This document shows, one piece after another, positions 37,412 through 46,489 of a stretch of DNA of 64,000 bases (positions within the stretch are counted from its first letter, which is position 1; every line of letters starts with the position of its first letter). The stretch lies in the sequence record LC494302.1; one strand, written 5' to 3'. This stretch comes from Escherichia phage SP27. Both the position numbers and the translations under genes were made by a program. The notes below the pieces were generated by a model. It was not told where the DNA came from. It ran no database searches and saw only the letters and a program-made list of their open reading frames with translations.

Positions 37412-38026
37412 ATGACCAGAATTAAAATGTATGATTTGATGCAGTACAGTAAAATTGCCATTCCAGTGCTTAATAAAGTGCTGGATGCATTCATTGCCAA
37501 ATACCCTGAGAATTCAGTGTTATGTATTCCATTTAGTGTTCCAGATAAAGATGATATATTCCAAGTGAATGTCAGTACACGTGGTATTACATTACAGCAG
37601 AAATACATGGATACGGAATATTATGGAATAAAGTTGGATTCAGTACAGGGTTCAAAATCAGCCTATGATTTTTTTGTTCCTAATAATATAGAGTCATGGG
37701 AAACAAACATTTCAAAGAAAGATGAAAATGATGTTCCTATTAGTGGTGTGTTCAACAATAAAGTTTTTTATTATTACGAAACCGACAAATTCCCTGAAGA
37801 GTTATATTACAATTCAGAAATGAATGAAGATGTAGATGCATTCATGTTTCAATTATCTTTAGTACATGATATCATTGATGTTAAAGAGTTAAGAGCAGAA
37901 ATCAATTTAGCTAAAGAGTTATCGGACATGCTGCCACCGTTTAGTATGCTTTTTTGTGAAGGTGGTTATTTTTCAAAAGAAGTGTTTGAACATTTCGTAG
38001 ATGTTGTAAAAGGGTTGGATATATAG
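37412..38026 (+). CDS. Fam-C protein
   Basis: ATG 37412 (track start 37403 is GTG); MTRIKMYDL; core VDAFMFQLSLVHD. Confidence 0.8.
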   Translation: MTRIKMYDLMQYSKIAIPVLNKVLDAFIAKYPENSVLCIPFSVPDKDDIFQVNVSTRGITLQQKYMDTEYYGIKLDSVQGSKSAYDFFVPNNIESWETNISKKDENDVPISGVFNNKVFYYYETDKFPEELYYNSEMNEDVDAFMFQLSLVHDIIDVKELRAEINLAKELSDMLPPFSMLFCEGGYFSKEVFEHFVDVVKGLDI

Positions 38027-38027
38027 T

Positions 38028-38222
38028 ATGCTTACAGTTGATGTTAAACAAAAATACCGTAAGTTTGATTGGTTCACCGACAGTTTCCAGCTTGAATTAT
38101 TACATTTGAATATCTGTGAAACATTATGTGCAGAAACACAAGATGAATTTGATGATAGAGTGATGAACATAGTAATGCTTTCTTGCTTTAAACATTTTGG
38201 TTATTTTTTCGGACAGAATTGA
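38028..38222 (+). CDS. hypothetical protein (array-embedded)
   Basis: 64 aa; DSFQLELLHL weakly core-like. Confidence 0.65.
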   Translation: MLTVDVKQKYRKFDWFTDSFQLELLHLNICETLCAETQDEFDDRVMNIVMLSCFKHFGYFFGQN

Positions 38223-38230
38223 GGTAAAAA

Positions 38231-38749
38231 ATGCATCAACACAAGCATCATTCATATGATTTTGCAATTAACATTATGAAGTTCATTCGAGCGTTGGAGG
38301 ATGGGAAGCTTAGTCATAAGTACAGAAAAGAGGGTAACAATTGGTTCAGAAATGATGATGATGAGTTCAGAAGTCATAAGATTGTTTACAGCAATAATTA
38401 CAGTGCCAATTACCTACAAGATGTAGTGATGTGTTTTGAATACGTGTTGCAGTTCAGGGGTTCAATCCAGGATGAGTTGATGGAGCACATGTACATCAGA
38501 TACCTTCCAATGCTCAAAGATGAAAATGTATTATTAAATTCAATATACCAACGAGTTCGTGAAATTGAGTGCAGGGATATATTAGATACAGAAGAATCGT
38601 ATTTCCAGCAATCCCTGATTTATGCACCTGATTTATTACAGGTACATAATTTGTTTAATACATTACGTCAAAACATCAGTACAGACATATTTTTGTCATT
38701 ATCGGATTATGATACATTTGTCAAAGATTTAGAGGAAATAGGTTTATGA
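38231..38749 (+). CDS. Fam-C protein
   Basis: 172 aa; SD GAGG; core TEESYFQQSLIYA. Confidence 0.85.
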   Translation: MHQHKHHSYDFAINIMKFIRALEDGKLSHKYRKEGNNWFRNDDDEFRSHKIVYSNNYSANYLQDVVMCFEYVLQFRGSIQDELMEHMYIRYLPMLKDENVLLNSIYQRVREIECRDILDTEESYFQQSLIYAPDLLQVHNLFNTLRQNISTDIFLSLSDYDTFVKDLEEIGL

Positions 38750-39090
38750 GTATATTTTCGGTTTATATAGTAAACGTCAGTAAAGATGGTAGTTTAATTG
38801 AATTTGATGTAGTTGATAACAATGATAATTCATATGGTATTAAGGTACAGGACAATGATGTACAGTTCAGTACAAGGACAAATTTTGAGAATCCAGTCCA
38901 AGTTCCGAATTTCATAGAAGATGAAGCTGCACGATTCCAATACGAAACGGCATATGACAATGTACATATGCATATTATTATGCAAACGAGTTTAGTTCAA
39001 TTAGTTCCTTTGTTCAGACAAAATATATATGTACATGAAGTGTCGATTAATGGCATTCAAAGTTCCGTTTTGTTCGGTACAAATATGTAA
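38746..39090 (+). CDS. Fam-C protein
   Basis: 114 aa; ATGA overlap; core DEAARFQYETAYD. Confidence 0.8.
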   Translation: MSIFSVYIVNVSKDGSLIEFDVVDNNDNSYGIKVQDNDVQFSTRTNFENPVQVPNFIEDEAARFQYETAYDNVHMHIIMQTSLVQLVPLFRQNIYVHEVSINGIQSSVLFGTNM

Positions 39091-39100
39091 GGAAAGTACA

Positions 39101-39652
39101 ATGAGTTCAATGAGTTTATTAGATACATTAGAAAAAGACAGAAGTGCAATTAAGCGTTTAAAAGAGCAAGTACAAAAGATTGTATACAACGTTGATAAGT
39201 TTGAAGTCCCAGGAAGATTTGGTGATATTTCCCATACGGAGATCAAATCCCTTAAGTCAGATTTGTTGATTAAAAATAAAAATGGGTTGATTTTAGTTTT
39301 GAGTTCAGATATGATGGGGGCAACACATAGTTATAATGCAGTATCGGTGCGTTCAGAGTGTGAAGGTATATATCTATCACAGGGTTTCAATAGCGAGACA
39401 CAGGTTTGTTTTTGTGATGCAGTACATGACCCTATGAAGTTCACGAGAAGTGAAGCCCAAGCGTTATTAGAGCTATCAGACGAGAGTTTGTTTCAGTACA
39501 GTACAATGTATGACAATGATAAGCTTCGTTGTATGTACGCTGTAAAGCATTATACACATGAGTTCTCTGGATTTGCATACCTTTTAGTTAGAACCAATAC
39601 CAGATATATTGATATGTTAGAAGATTACATCGATAAAGTTGTTAATGTATGA
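39101..39652 (+). CDS. Fam-C protein
   Basis: 183 aa from MSSMSLLDTLEKD; SD AAGGAA (track start 39029 overlaps upstream gene); core SDESLFQYSTMYD. Confidence 0.8.
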   Translation: MSSMSLLDTLEKDRSAIKRLKEQVQKIVYNVDKFEVPGRFGDISHTEIKSLKSDLLIKNKNGLILVLSSDMMGATHSYNAVSVRSECEGIYLSQGFNSETQVCFCDAVHDPMKFTRSEAQALLELSDESLFQYSTMYDNDKLRCMYAVKHYTHEFSGFAYLLVRTNTRYIDMLEDYIDKVVNV

Positions 39653-39674
39653 TGTATGATTATGTGATGGGATA

Positions 39675-39842
39675 ATGCTGATGAAAGAGTTATTTGAAGA
39701 TCAGTTCAATGCATATGTGGATAATATTCTTTATTCCAGTCGTGCCAGTCAACGAGGAAATCGTGCTTACAACATAGATTACCTATTAACGGTGCTGAGT
39801 TCACAGTACACCTACGCTGTACAGAGGACATATTATGAATAA
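39675..39842 (+). CDS. small hypothetical protein
   Basis: 55 aa, below track cutoff; hand-translated MLMKELFEDQFNAYVDNILYSSRASQRGNRAYNIDYLLTVLSSQYTYAVQRTYYE; 8-nt overlap with next gene. Confidence 0.5.
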   Translation: MLMKELFEDQFNAYVDNILYSSRASQRGNRAYNIDYLLTVLSSQYTYAVQRTYYE

Positions 39843-40038
39843 TTTTAGAGATGTTGCTAAGGAGAAGTTCAAGTGCAGTTTAGATTACGGTTTAAATGAT
39901 TTTCTTACATGCACAATGTACAGGAATGATGATTATGAGCAATCCGTAATTTCGTTGCACAGATATTTCGAAATAATTTACGCAAGATATCTTAGAAGGT
40001 TAGATGGGATAGGGGATTGGAATTATGATTACGTTTGA
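39835..40038 (+). CDS. hypothetical protein (array-embedded, no core)
   Basis: 67 aa; MNNFRDVAKEKFK. Confidence 0.7.
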   Translation: MNNFRDVAKEKFKCSLDYGLNDFLTCTMYRNDDYEQSVISLHRYFEIIYARYLRRLDGIGDWNYDYV

Positions 40039-40234
40039 AGAGCCGGAAGTGTTAAGTTCGCATAGTATTAAGGGTTTTGAATACATGATGGATTTGATTT
40101 TGAAGGATACATATTTGGTTCAGAGTGTAGATAATACGGTACACCGAGTATTGAATTTATACGAGATGACGAGTCGAAGGCTTTGTGCTATGAAAAGGAT
40201 TGAAGAAATCAAGCTTTCTAGGCTGAATAAATAG
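40025..40234 (+). CDS. hypothetical protein (array-embedded, no core)
   Basis: 69 aa; MITFEEPEVLSSH. Confidence 0.7.
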   Translation: MITFEEPEVLSSHSIKGFEYMMDLILKDTYLVQSVDNTVHRVLNLYEMTSRRLCAMKRIEEIKLSRLNK

Positions 40235-40254
40235 AGACGTTTCATTTTTACAGG

Positions 40255-40382
40255 CCGCTGGGGGGGGTCAAAAAAATTTCCGCTGAAAAACATGCTAAGG
40301 TATATGTTTAATATAAAGTTTTATATTGTGTTTTTCAGAGTACAGTTCATGTTTCCTGAAACAAAAAATACCCCGCCCCCGC
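40255..40382 (+). other. G-run and C-rich tracts able to pair across about 100 nt of AT-rich spacer
   Basis: GCCGCTGGGGGGGGTC about 40255-40270 versus CCCCGCCCCCGC 40371-40382; only GC-rich islands in the array. Confidence 0.4.
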
Positions 40383-40433
40383 AACGTGCTCCTTATATTG
40401 GAGTTTACCTTATTAATTATAGTAGAGATTAAG

Positions 40434-40811
40434 ATGGAAATAAAATATAATGAATTTTGTGCAAGGACATGGATGTACACTGGTGAGTTAGTTACGCACT
40501 CTAACTTATACAAGGGTGATTTAAACTACGCTAGGGACAAGATTTTAAAGTACTGGAATGCTGACTTTTATTTGATGGATTTTAGTACTGGGTTTCATGG
40601 GATATCTATCGAGATGCCGGACTATACAGTACTTGATGATGCTGCACTGTTCCAGGAGGCATTAGTATTTGATAAGAAGTACATCTGTACATTAGAAGAG
40701 ATGATTGAATTACAGCGTAGAATTAAATGTATTCACAGGGAATGTATAGATATCTGGTGCAGTACTGGTGAGGCCGATTTCTGGAAATTTTTTAATCTAG
40801 GAGAAGAGTGA
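40434..40811 (+). CDS. Fam-C protein (PDYT subgroup)
   Basis: 125 aa from MEIKYNEF (track start 40326 is TTG, in the noncoding gap); core MPDYTVLDDAALFQEALVFDKKY. Confidence 0.75.
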   Translation: MEIKYNEFCARTWMYTGELVTHSNLYKGDLNYARDKILKYWNADFYLMDFSTGFHGISIEMPDYTVLDDAALFQEALVFDKKYICTLEEMIELQRRIKCIHRECIDIWCSTGEADFWKFFNLGEE

Positions 40812-41167
40812 TGGAATTTGATTTTTTAATATCAGTACATACTTTCAAGCACAGTTATCAGTACTTTTGTAATTTAAACAAAGGTGATTTAATGCACAGT
40901 GCGAATGAGTATATTCATTACACTCAGGGTAAATTTACATTCATTGATTACAGTTCATTACAGTATCCACACCAAGATATGCCGGACTATACATTAATGG
41001 ATACCGCAGAACTATTCCAAGAATCATTAGTATTTGATAAGAAGTACTTGTGTACATTTGAAGAAGTTATTGCAATACAAAATGAAATGAAAGAGTATGC
41101 TGCTTTGCATAAACCCAATTCAAGTATTAATCAAGAATACAAATTCAATTTAGGAATTCAAGAATGA
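40811..41167 (+). CDS. Fam-C protein (PDYT subgroup)
   Basis: ATG 40811 overlapping the upstream TGA by 1 nt (track GTG 40808); core MPDYTLMDTAELFQESLVFDKKY. Confidence 0.8.
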   Translation: MEFDFLISVHTFKHSYQYFCNLNKGDLMHSANEYIHYTQGKFTFIDYSSLQYPHQDMPDYTLMDTAELFQESLVFDKKYLCTFEEVIAIQNEMKEYAALHKPNSSINQEYKFNLGIQE

Positions 41168-41523
41168 CATATGATTATTCTATGTACTATTATAAGTTAC
41201 CTAAAGGATGGGACTTGTGCTGTAATCTTATTAAGGGCGACTCGGAACATGAGTTGAGTTTATATATGCATTACAAAGATTCTTGTTTTAAATTTATTCA
41301 TGTATCACATGACGACTATGACTATGAATCTGAGAGTCTTATAGATTATACAGTACTGGACGATGGCGAACTATTTCAGGCTGCATTAGTGTTTGATAAG
41401 AATAAGTACTCCTGTACATTTGAAGAAATGGTTTCTTTGCAAAATGAAATGAAGAGATTTGAAAAAGAAAACGTATTTAATCCATCCCCATCAAGAACGA
41501 ATAATTATTATTTCAATATATGA
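41164..41523 (+). CDS. Fam-C protein (PDYT subgroup)
   Basis: 119 aa; ATGA overlap; core LIDYTVLDDGELFQAALVFDKNKY. Confidence 0.85.
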   Translation: MTYDYSMYYYKLPKGWDLCCNLIKGDSEHELSLYMHYKDSCFKFIHVSHDDYDYESESLIDYTVLDDGELFQAALVFDKNKYSCTFEEMVSLQNEMKRFEKENVFNPSPSRTNNYYFNI

Positions 41524-41532
41524 GATTATAAA

Positions 41533-42024
41533 ATGACATTACAGAGTTCATTGGAAAAAGCAAAGAAGATTCATGAGTACATGAATATGGCAAAAGAAGG
41601 TTCAGTTTACGGTGTTTTCAAAGACACAAGTACTCAATATTATGTACCGGATAACCTCCTTTATAATGACTGCTCAGATACAGAAACGTGCGTACTGGAT
41701 ACAGAAACGTGTGTACTGGATACCGACCCTAATGATTATGAATGCTACATTAATATGCATAATGAGTACATGGTCTATATTAATGATACAGATACCATCA
41801 ACAGTACTGACAGCGATTCCAATGACATTATAATTCCGAGTGAAGTACTGGAAGGTCCGTGGGATAGTGAAGAGTATTACTTCCAACAAAGTACTGTATA
41901 TGATAATGAAGTACTTGATGTTATTATAATTATGTGGTACTTTAAAAGTATTGGTTCTGGGAACTTCTATTTCGATTACAAATACGTAAAGAAAACTGTA
42001 GATAACGGTATTAACAGGGGTTGA
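41533..42024 (+). CDS. Fam-C protein (GPW subgroup)
   Basis: 163 aa; MTLQSSLEKAKKIHEY; core GPWDSEEYYFQQSTVYD; contains the DTETCVL x2 duplication. Confidence 0.85.
   Translation: MTLQSSLEKAKKIHEYMNMAKEGSVYGVFKDTSTQYYVPDNLLYNDCSDTETCVLDTETCVLDTDPNDYECYINMHNEYMVYINDTDTINSTDSDSNDIIIPSEVLEGPWDSEEYYFQQSTVYDNEVLDVIIIMWYFKSIGSGNFYFDYKYVKKTVDNGINRG
41677..41718 (+). repeat. in-frame 21-nt tandem duplication
   Basis: GATACAGAAACGTG(C/T)GTACTG x2 (41677-41697, 41698-41718) encoding DTETCVL DTETCVL. Confidence 0.9.
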
Positions 42025-42025
42025 A

Positions 42026-42496
42026 ATGAGTTTAGAAAGAGCATTAGAGATTGCGAAGTTAATTGATTTATGCAGCAAAGAAATTGTAGCAAATTGTCTT
42101 AATGGATATCTATTCAAGGAAGGTAAATCTTATTGTCGAATGAGATACGATGACAGTAGTGAGTACATTCACATGTATGAAGAAAACTTAGATTCTTCTG
42201 AAACAACACTCAATGGGTGTGATGTTAATTTGGAAGATAATTACATGTACTTCTGTCGTGATGCTGATATTTTAATACAAGATTCTGACATTATATCTGG
42301 TGCAGCAGAGAAACATCTTCCGTATTCAGTACTGGATAATGACTGGGGAAGTGAAGAGTTCTACTTCCAGCAGAATACTATCTACGAGGAATATGTGCTT
42401 GACAAGCTTGTCATTCTGTGGTACTTTAATAATACCGATTGTCCTAGCTTCTATCTGGACTTGGATCTACTACGAGTTATTAAAGAGGATATATGA
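42026..42496 (+). CDS. Fam-C protein (GPW subgroup)
   Basis: 156 aa; MSLERALEIAKLIDL; core DNDWGSEEFYFQQNTIYE. Confidence 0.85.
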   Translation: MSLERALEIAKLIDLCSKEIVANCLNGYLFKEGKSYCRMRYDDSSEYIHMYEENLDSSETTLNGCDVNLEDNYMYFCRDADILIQDSDIISGAAEKHLPYSVLDNDWGSEEFYFQQNTIYEEYVLDKLVILWYFNNTDCPSFYLDLDLLRVIKEDI

Positions 42497-42936
42497 GTTT
42501 AGCAAGTGCACTTAAACTGGCACACAAAATACATCACTTCCACGATAACATAAAAAGTGGTTTCTATGGTGATAAAGTAAGTGCATTTGGTAATGAGTAT
42601 TATCTATCAGGTATAAAGACATACTCTGATGATATTTTACTTATGGGCCATGATAAAGACAATACTATACAGTACTCTTCATGTAGTCAATATACTAGTT
42701 TTTTTGTATATATTCCAGGTACTAAGATTACGTTTGACACATCAAATACACCTGTTGACTTCGGGGTACTTGATGGCCCGTGGGGTACTGAAGAGTATTA
42801 CTTCCAACAGAGTCTTATTTTTAACCAAGAAATGCTTGATTCCTTGGTTGTTTTGTGGTACTTTAAGGAATTGAAGTTTGAACCATTTTTTCTTGACTGG
42901 GGAGCATGTGAATATTTAAGTACAGGGGATTTGTAA
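42493..42936 (+). CDS. Fam-C protein (GPW subgroup)
   Basis: 147 aa; ATGA overlap; MSLASALKLAHKIHHF; core GPWGTEEYYFQQSLIFN. Confidence 0.85.
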   Translation: MSLASALKLAHKIHHFHDNIKSGFYGDKVSAFGNEYYLSGIKTYSDDILLMGHDKDNTIQYSSCSQYTSFFVYIPGTKITFDTSNTPVDFGVLDGPWGTEEYYFQQSLIFNQEMLDSLVVLWYFKELKFEPFFLDWGACEYLSTGDL

Positions 42937-43427
42937 TGTCGTTACAAAGTGCATTGAAAGAAGCAAAGAAGATTCATGAGTACATGATTATGGTACAGGA
43001 AGGTTCAGTACCTGGGGTGTATAAAACATCTGATACTGAATTTTTTGTAAAAGACCGTGACGATTATGACGAGTCCGAGATATGTGCAGAAACATTAGTA
43101 CTGCACACTGATACTGGTGACAGTGATAACTGTGAATATCATATGTACAATCAGTACATTAGTTATTGCCGTAATGAAGATATTACCATCTACAACACAG
43201 ATAGTGATGCTGATGACACTATCATTCCTTATTCAGTACTGGAAGGACCGTGGGATAGTGAAGAATATTACTTCCAGAATAGTACGTTGTACAATGAAGA
43301 AGAACTGGATGTTATTGTGATTATGTGGTACTTTAAAAGTATTGGTTCTGATAGTTTCTATTTCGATTATGAATACGTAGAGAATACTGTAGGGGAAGAT
43401 AATGTCATTACAAAGTGCACTGGATAA
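42936..43427 (+). CDS. Fam-C protein (GPW subgroup; close paralog of 41533..42024)
   Basis: 163 aa; MSLQSALKEAKKIHEY; core GPWDSEEYYFQNSTLYN. Confidence 0.85.
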   Translation: MSLQSALKEAKKIHEYMIMVQEGSVPGVYKTSDTEFFVKDRDDYDESEICAETLVLHTDTGDSDNCEYHMYNQYISYCRNEDITIYNTDSDADDTIIPYSVLEGPWDSEEYYFQNSTLYNEEELDVIVIMWYFKSIGSDSFYFDYEYVENTVGEDNVITKCTG

Positions 43428-43845
43428 AGCAAAAGAACTACAGGTATATATTGAAGATATCAAGGCTGGGAAGTTCGAAGAAGTATACAAAGCCGAGAAT
43501 GGTAACTACTACAAGGATAGTGATTTTACCACAACTACAGTTATTCTTGGGCTGAATTCCAAAAGTCCCGCAGATTTTTCACAATACAATCCAGATGCAG
43601 AATTTATCAGTTATGCTTATGGTGGTGAAATCCGTTTTTATAATCGCAGCAGACCTTTAAAATTGAACTTTGAAGTACTGAAAGGTCCGTGGGATAGTGA
43701 AGAGTATTACTTTCAGAATAGTACTTTGTATGATGATGAAGTACTAGATACTTTAGTTATTATGTGGTACTTTAAAAGTATTGATAGTACAAGATTTTAT
43801 TTGGATTATGAATATGTACGTGAAGCATATAAGGGCAAACGATGA
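43402..43845 (+). CDS. Fam-C protein (GPW subgroup)
   Basis: 147 aa; MSLQSALDKAKELQVY; core GPWDSEEYYFQNSTLYD. Confidence 0.85.
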   Translation: MSLQSALDKAKELQVYIEDIKAGKFEEVYKAENGNYYKDSDFTTTTVILGLNSKSPADFSQYNPDAEFISYAYGGEIRFYNRSRPLKLNFEVLKGPWDSEEYYFQNSTLYDDEVLDTLVIMWYFKSIDSTRFYLDYEYVREAYKGKR

Positions 43846-44156
43846 AATTCTTATACAGTATTCAGTACATTCCTGGTACAATTAGTTTAATGTATTTCTT
43901 CGATCATGATAATTTCCAGCACCTTGCCGTTAGAAGATGTAATGAATCTTTAATGATTGAATATCTTCACGATTGTGATTATATTCCTGACTTCCTTGAA
44001 TGTGATTACAGAGATGATCATGAAACATTTCTTTTTCAGGAATCACTTGTATGGGATAAGAGAATTAATTTTTATGCTTTACTTGAGATACAAAAACAAG
44101 TGAAGTACTACTGGGATTACTTAATTACCCAAGAATATATAGAGATTGAAATATAA
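43842..44156 (+). CDS. Fam-C protein
   Basis: 104 aa; ATGA overlap; core DHETFLFQESLVWD. Confidence 0.85.
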   Translation: MKFLYSIQYIPGTISLMYFFDHDNFQHLAVRRCNESLMIEYLHDCDYIPDFLECDYRDDHETFLFQESLVWDKRINFYALLEIQKQVKYYWDYLITQEYIEIEI

Positions 44157-44629
44157 TGTACGAAAGTGATCTTAAGCACGCTGAGGAATTAGTTAATATA
44201 GTAAAGTTCTTTCAAAATAATGTAAAGTACTTAGACGACAAAGGGGCATATATTAGTACTATAAGTGTTGGTACAGATATTCTAGGATTAGGTAATGAAT
44301 ATAAGTACGAGTCCCATGATTATGATTTGGAATTCAAGTACTTCGAATGGAATCCTGGAACTTTCTATTCAATCGATGAAAGTGGGAAATATTTTGAATT
44401 CACCGAAGAAGACGTACTATTCTTAAATTCAGAAGATGCTTACTTCCAGTACAGTACTATATACCCAAATAGTGCATTAAGAGCTTTAGTAGTTTTTAAT
44501 GCATTTCTGAAAGAGAACTTTAATAATTCTATATTCATTGATTTAAATTATGTATATGAACTAAATCAGGTGATATATATGGAGTCCAGAAAAAATGAGT
44601 TACGAAAGTGCAATCAAGAAAGCAAATGA
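44156..44629 (+). CDS. Fam-C protein
   Basis: 157 aa; TAATG junction; core NSEDAYFQYSTIYP. Confidence 0.85.
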   Translation: MYESDLKHAEELVNIVKFFQNNVKYLDDKGAYISTISVGTDILGLGNEYKYESHDYDLEFKYFEWNPGTFYSIDESGKYFEFTEEDVLFLNSEDAYFQYSTIYPNSALRALVVFNAFLKENFNNSIFIDLNYVYELNQVIYMESRKNELRKCNQESK

Positions 44630-45041
44630 TATTCTAAAAGTTGTTAAGTTCTTCAAAGAAAATCCTGAATACGTAGATGATGAACGAAGAGAAGTTTCTA
44701 ATGGCACGAAGATTACAATTGATTCTTTATTTGACACTAGCAACAACAACTGTAGTACTATTGAATTAGCATACGATTATATTTCATTGAACAGAAAATA
44801 TGATGAAGTTACGATAGAGCGTCATGAGAATGAAGAATCTTTTAAAATTTCTGATATTTTATCTCTGAGTACAGAAGAAGGGTACTTCCAGGGAAGTACT
44901 GTTTATAATGAAGGAACACTAGACAATCTATGTACATTTAGTGTACTATATCAGAAGTCAGTACTGGATATATTTTATCTAGACACTGAAAAACTTGATA
45001 GGTTAGTTGATTTCGTTACTATAGAAGAGGCATCCGTTTGA
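44595..45041 (+). CDS. Fam-C protein
   Basis: 148 aa; MSYESAIKKANDILKVVKFF; core STEEGYFQGSTVYN. Confidence 0.85.
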   Translation: MSYESAIKKANDILKVVKFFKENPEYVDDERREVSNGTKITIDSLFDTSNNNCSTIELAYDYISLNRKYDEVTIERHENEESFKISDILSLSTEEGYFQGSTVYNEGTLDNLCTFSVLYQKSVLDIFYLDTEKLDRLVDFVTIEEASV

Positions 45042-45574
45042 GAAAAATTAACATTAATGATTATGATGCATTACAAGATTTATCAAAAAAGATTCGCACT
45101 ATCGTACCAGTACTGAAGAAATGCAGTACTGGATTAATCGATCCTAGTACTGTTGTTAATGAGAAGTACAATTTTCATTATGTATTACAGGGTACTGGGG
45201 CATTCCAGAAGTGTGAGGTGCGTGAGAAACACGTAATTGATACATCATTGTTTTCTATTGGTGCACCTATGTCGAATAATACTATTTTCCTGGATGACGC
45301 AGGAAATATTCAACAATTAACATTTAAGAAAAGGAAAAAGAACAATAACATTGGTGTGTACGCGATGAAGTGGGGTCAACCTGATTTGAAGCGTGAAATT
45401 CACATCCCTAAGTACAATTACAATTCATTTGAAGAACAGTGCTTTCAACTATCGTGTACTGACCCTGACTATGCTATCATTCAGTTCTATATGGAATTGC
45501 AGATAGCATTTAACAGTAATTTGTATATTAACTTATTGGCGATTAACATTGATGAAGTATTCAAAAACATTTAA
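45038..45574 (+). CDS. Fam-C protein (TTG start)
   Basis: 178 aa; TTGA overlap, no nearby in-frame ATG; core SFEEQCFQLSCTDP. Confidence 0.65.
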   Translation: MRKININDYDALQDLSKKIRTIVPVLKKCSTGLIDPSTVVNEKYNFHYVLQGTGAFQKCEVREKHVIDTSLFSIGAPMSNNTIFLDDAGNIQQLTFKKRKKNNNIGVYAMKWGQPDLKREIHIPKYNYNSFEEQCFQLSCTDPDYAIIQFYMELQIAFNSNLYINLLAINIDEVFKNI

Positions 45575-45770
45575 TCGAATTGAATACATGAGAACTGTGA
45601 GTGCAGTGTGGGACATATGGTTCACTACTAAACCAAAAATGGATTACCATGACTTTAAGCTCTTGTTCTTCGTTGGCTCTAACAAACAGGATGTTGCAAT
45701 GAAGGGTTATATTCAGCACTTACAGGAACTAATCCAGAAGAGAATATATGAAAATAATAGACCAAAATGA
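45552..45770 (+). CDS. Fam-B-like protein (stray copy)
   Basis: ATG 45552 (track TTG 45549); FVGSNKQDVAMKGYIQHLQELIQKRI. Confidence 0.7.
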   Translation: MKYSKTFNRIEYMRTVSAVWDIWFTTKPKMDYHDFKLLFFVGSNKQDVAMKGYIQHLQELIQKRIYENNRPK

Positions 45771-45939
45771 CATTGCTAAACTATTCAATATATATTCTAC
45801 TAGAATGATGCAAACAGACTCATATAGTACTGAATTCAAAGAGTTGAAAGTACTGATGTACTTAGGAACCCAATACCAAGAACAAGTTATTTTAGAATAT
45901 ATTAATTCGTTGAAGAAGGATATCCGTTATGTACGATGA
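45748..45939 (+). CDS. Fam-B-like protein (stray copy)
   Basis: 63 aa; LGTQYQEQVILEYINSLKKDI. Confidence 0.8.
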   Translation: MKIIDQNDIAKLFNIYSTRMMQTDSYSTEFKELKVLMYLGTQYQEQVILEYINSLKKDIRYVR

Positions 45940-46489
45940 TTTAGATCTTGCGTTTGAACGTATGGTAATTTTAATGCAATGCAATGAAATGCATGAAACA
46001 ATCCGTCGCACCAAAGGGATTGAATATACAAGTAAACTATTCTCATACGAAAGTCGTCGAGGGATGGATCATTTTTACTGCACTGATTGTTCAAAGTTTT
46101 CAGTACTGAAATATTATCATCCTACTGTTTCCAATAATAGTTTAATATCCACATATGACGGTGATCTGTTTAGTGTAATGTATGACACATTACATCCATC
46201 AATTTCAATCTATAAAGATTGCGATAGTAGTTTATCGTATATAATTGAAGATTACTTATCTCCTAATACTGAAGAGAATATTTTTCAGAACAGTGTGTTG
46301 CATGATGAATTAAGTATAAAATGCATCTATATGTTCAATAAGTTAAAAGAGTACGCCGATAATAATTACTTCATTGATGATTTAGCGGTATTGTCTGTTT
46401 CCGTTTTTAATACAAATGATATTGATATGAAATACTATAATGAGATTTGTAAAGTACATAATATGTATAAGGAACTATTATGCCAATAA
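45929..46489 (+). CDS. Fam-C protein
   Basis: 186 aa; core NTEENIFQNSVLHD. Confidence 0.85.
   Translation: MYDDLDLAFERMVILMQCNEMHETIRRTKGIEYTSKLFSYESRRGMDHFYCTDCSKFSVLKYYHPTVSNNSLISTYDGDLFSVMYDTLHPSISIYKDCDSSLSYIIEDYLSPNTEENIFQNSVLHDELSIKCIYMFNKLKEYADNNYFIDDLAVLSVSVFNTNDIDMKYYNEICKVHNMYKELLCQ

Noticed and set aside
41674-42117. 147-aa minus-strand ORF, plus the similar minus ORF at 43233-43490
   Set aside because: Both are antisense to Fam-C genes that carry the conserved core. The open frames are explained by AT-rich, stop-poor complementary codons, and the protein is low-complexity Ile/Asn/Phe-rich with no SD.
41612-43320. Alternative-frame + strand ORFs inside GPW-subgroup genes (41612-41833, 42300-42515, 42629-42874, 43117-43320)
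   Set aside because: They are fully nested in frames that carry the conserved family motifs. They recur only because the underlying DNA is duplicated, and they have no SD or conserved protein features.
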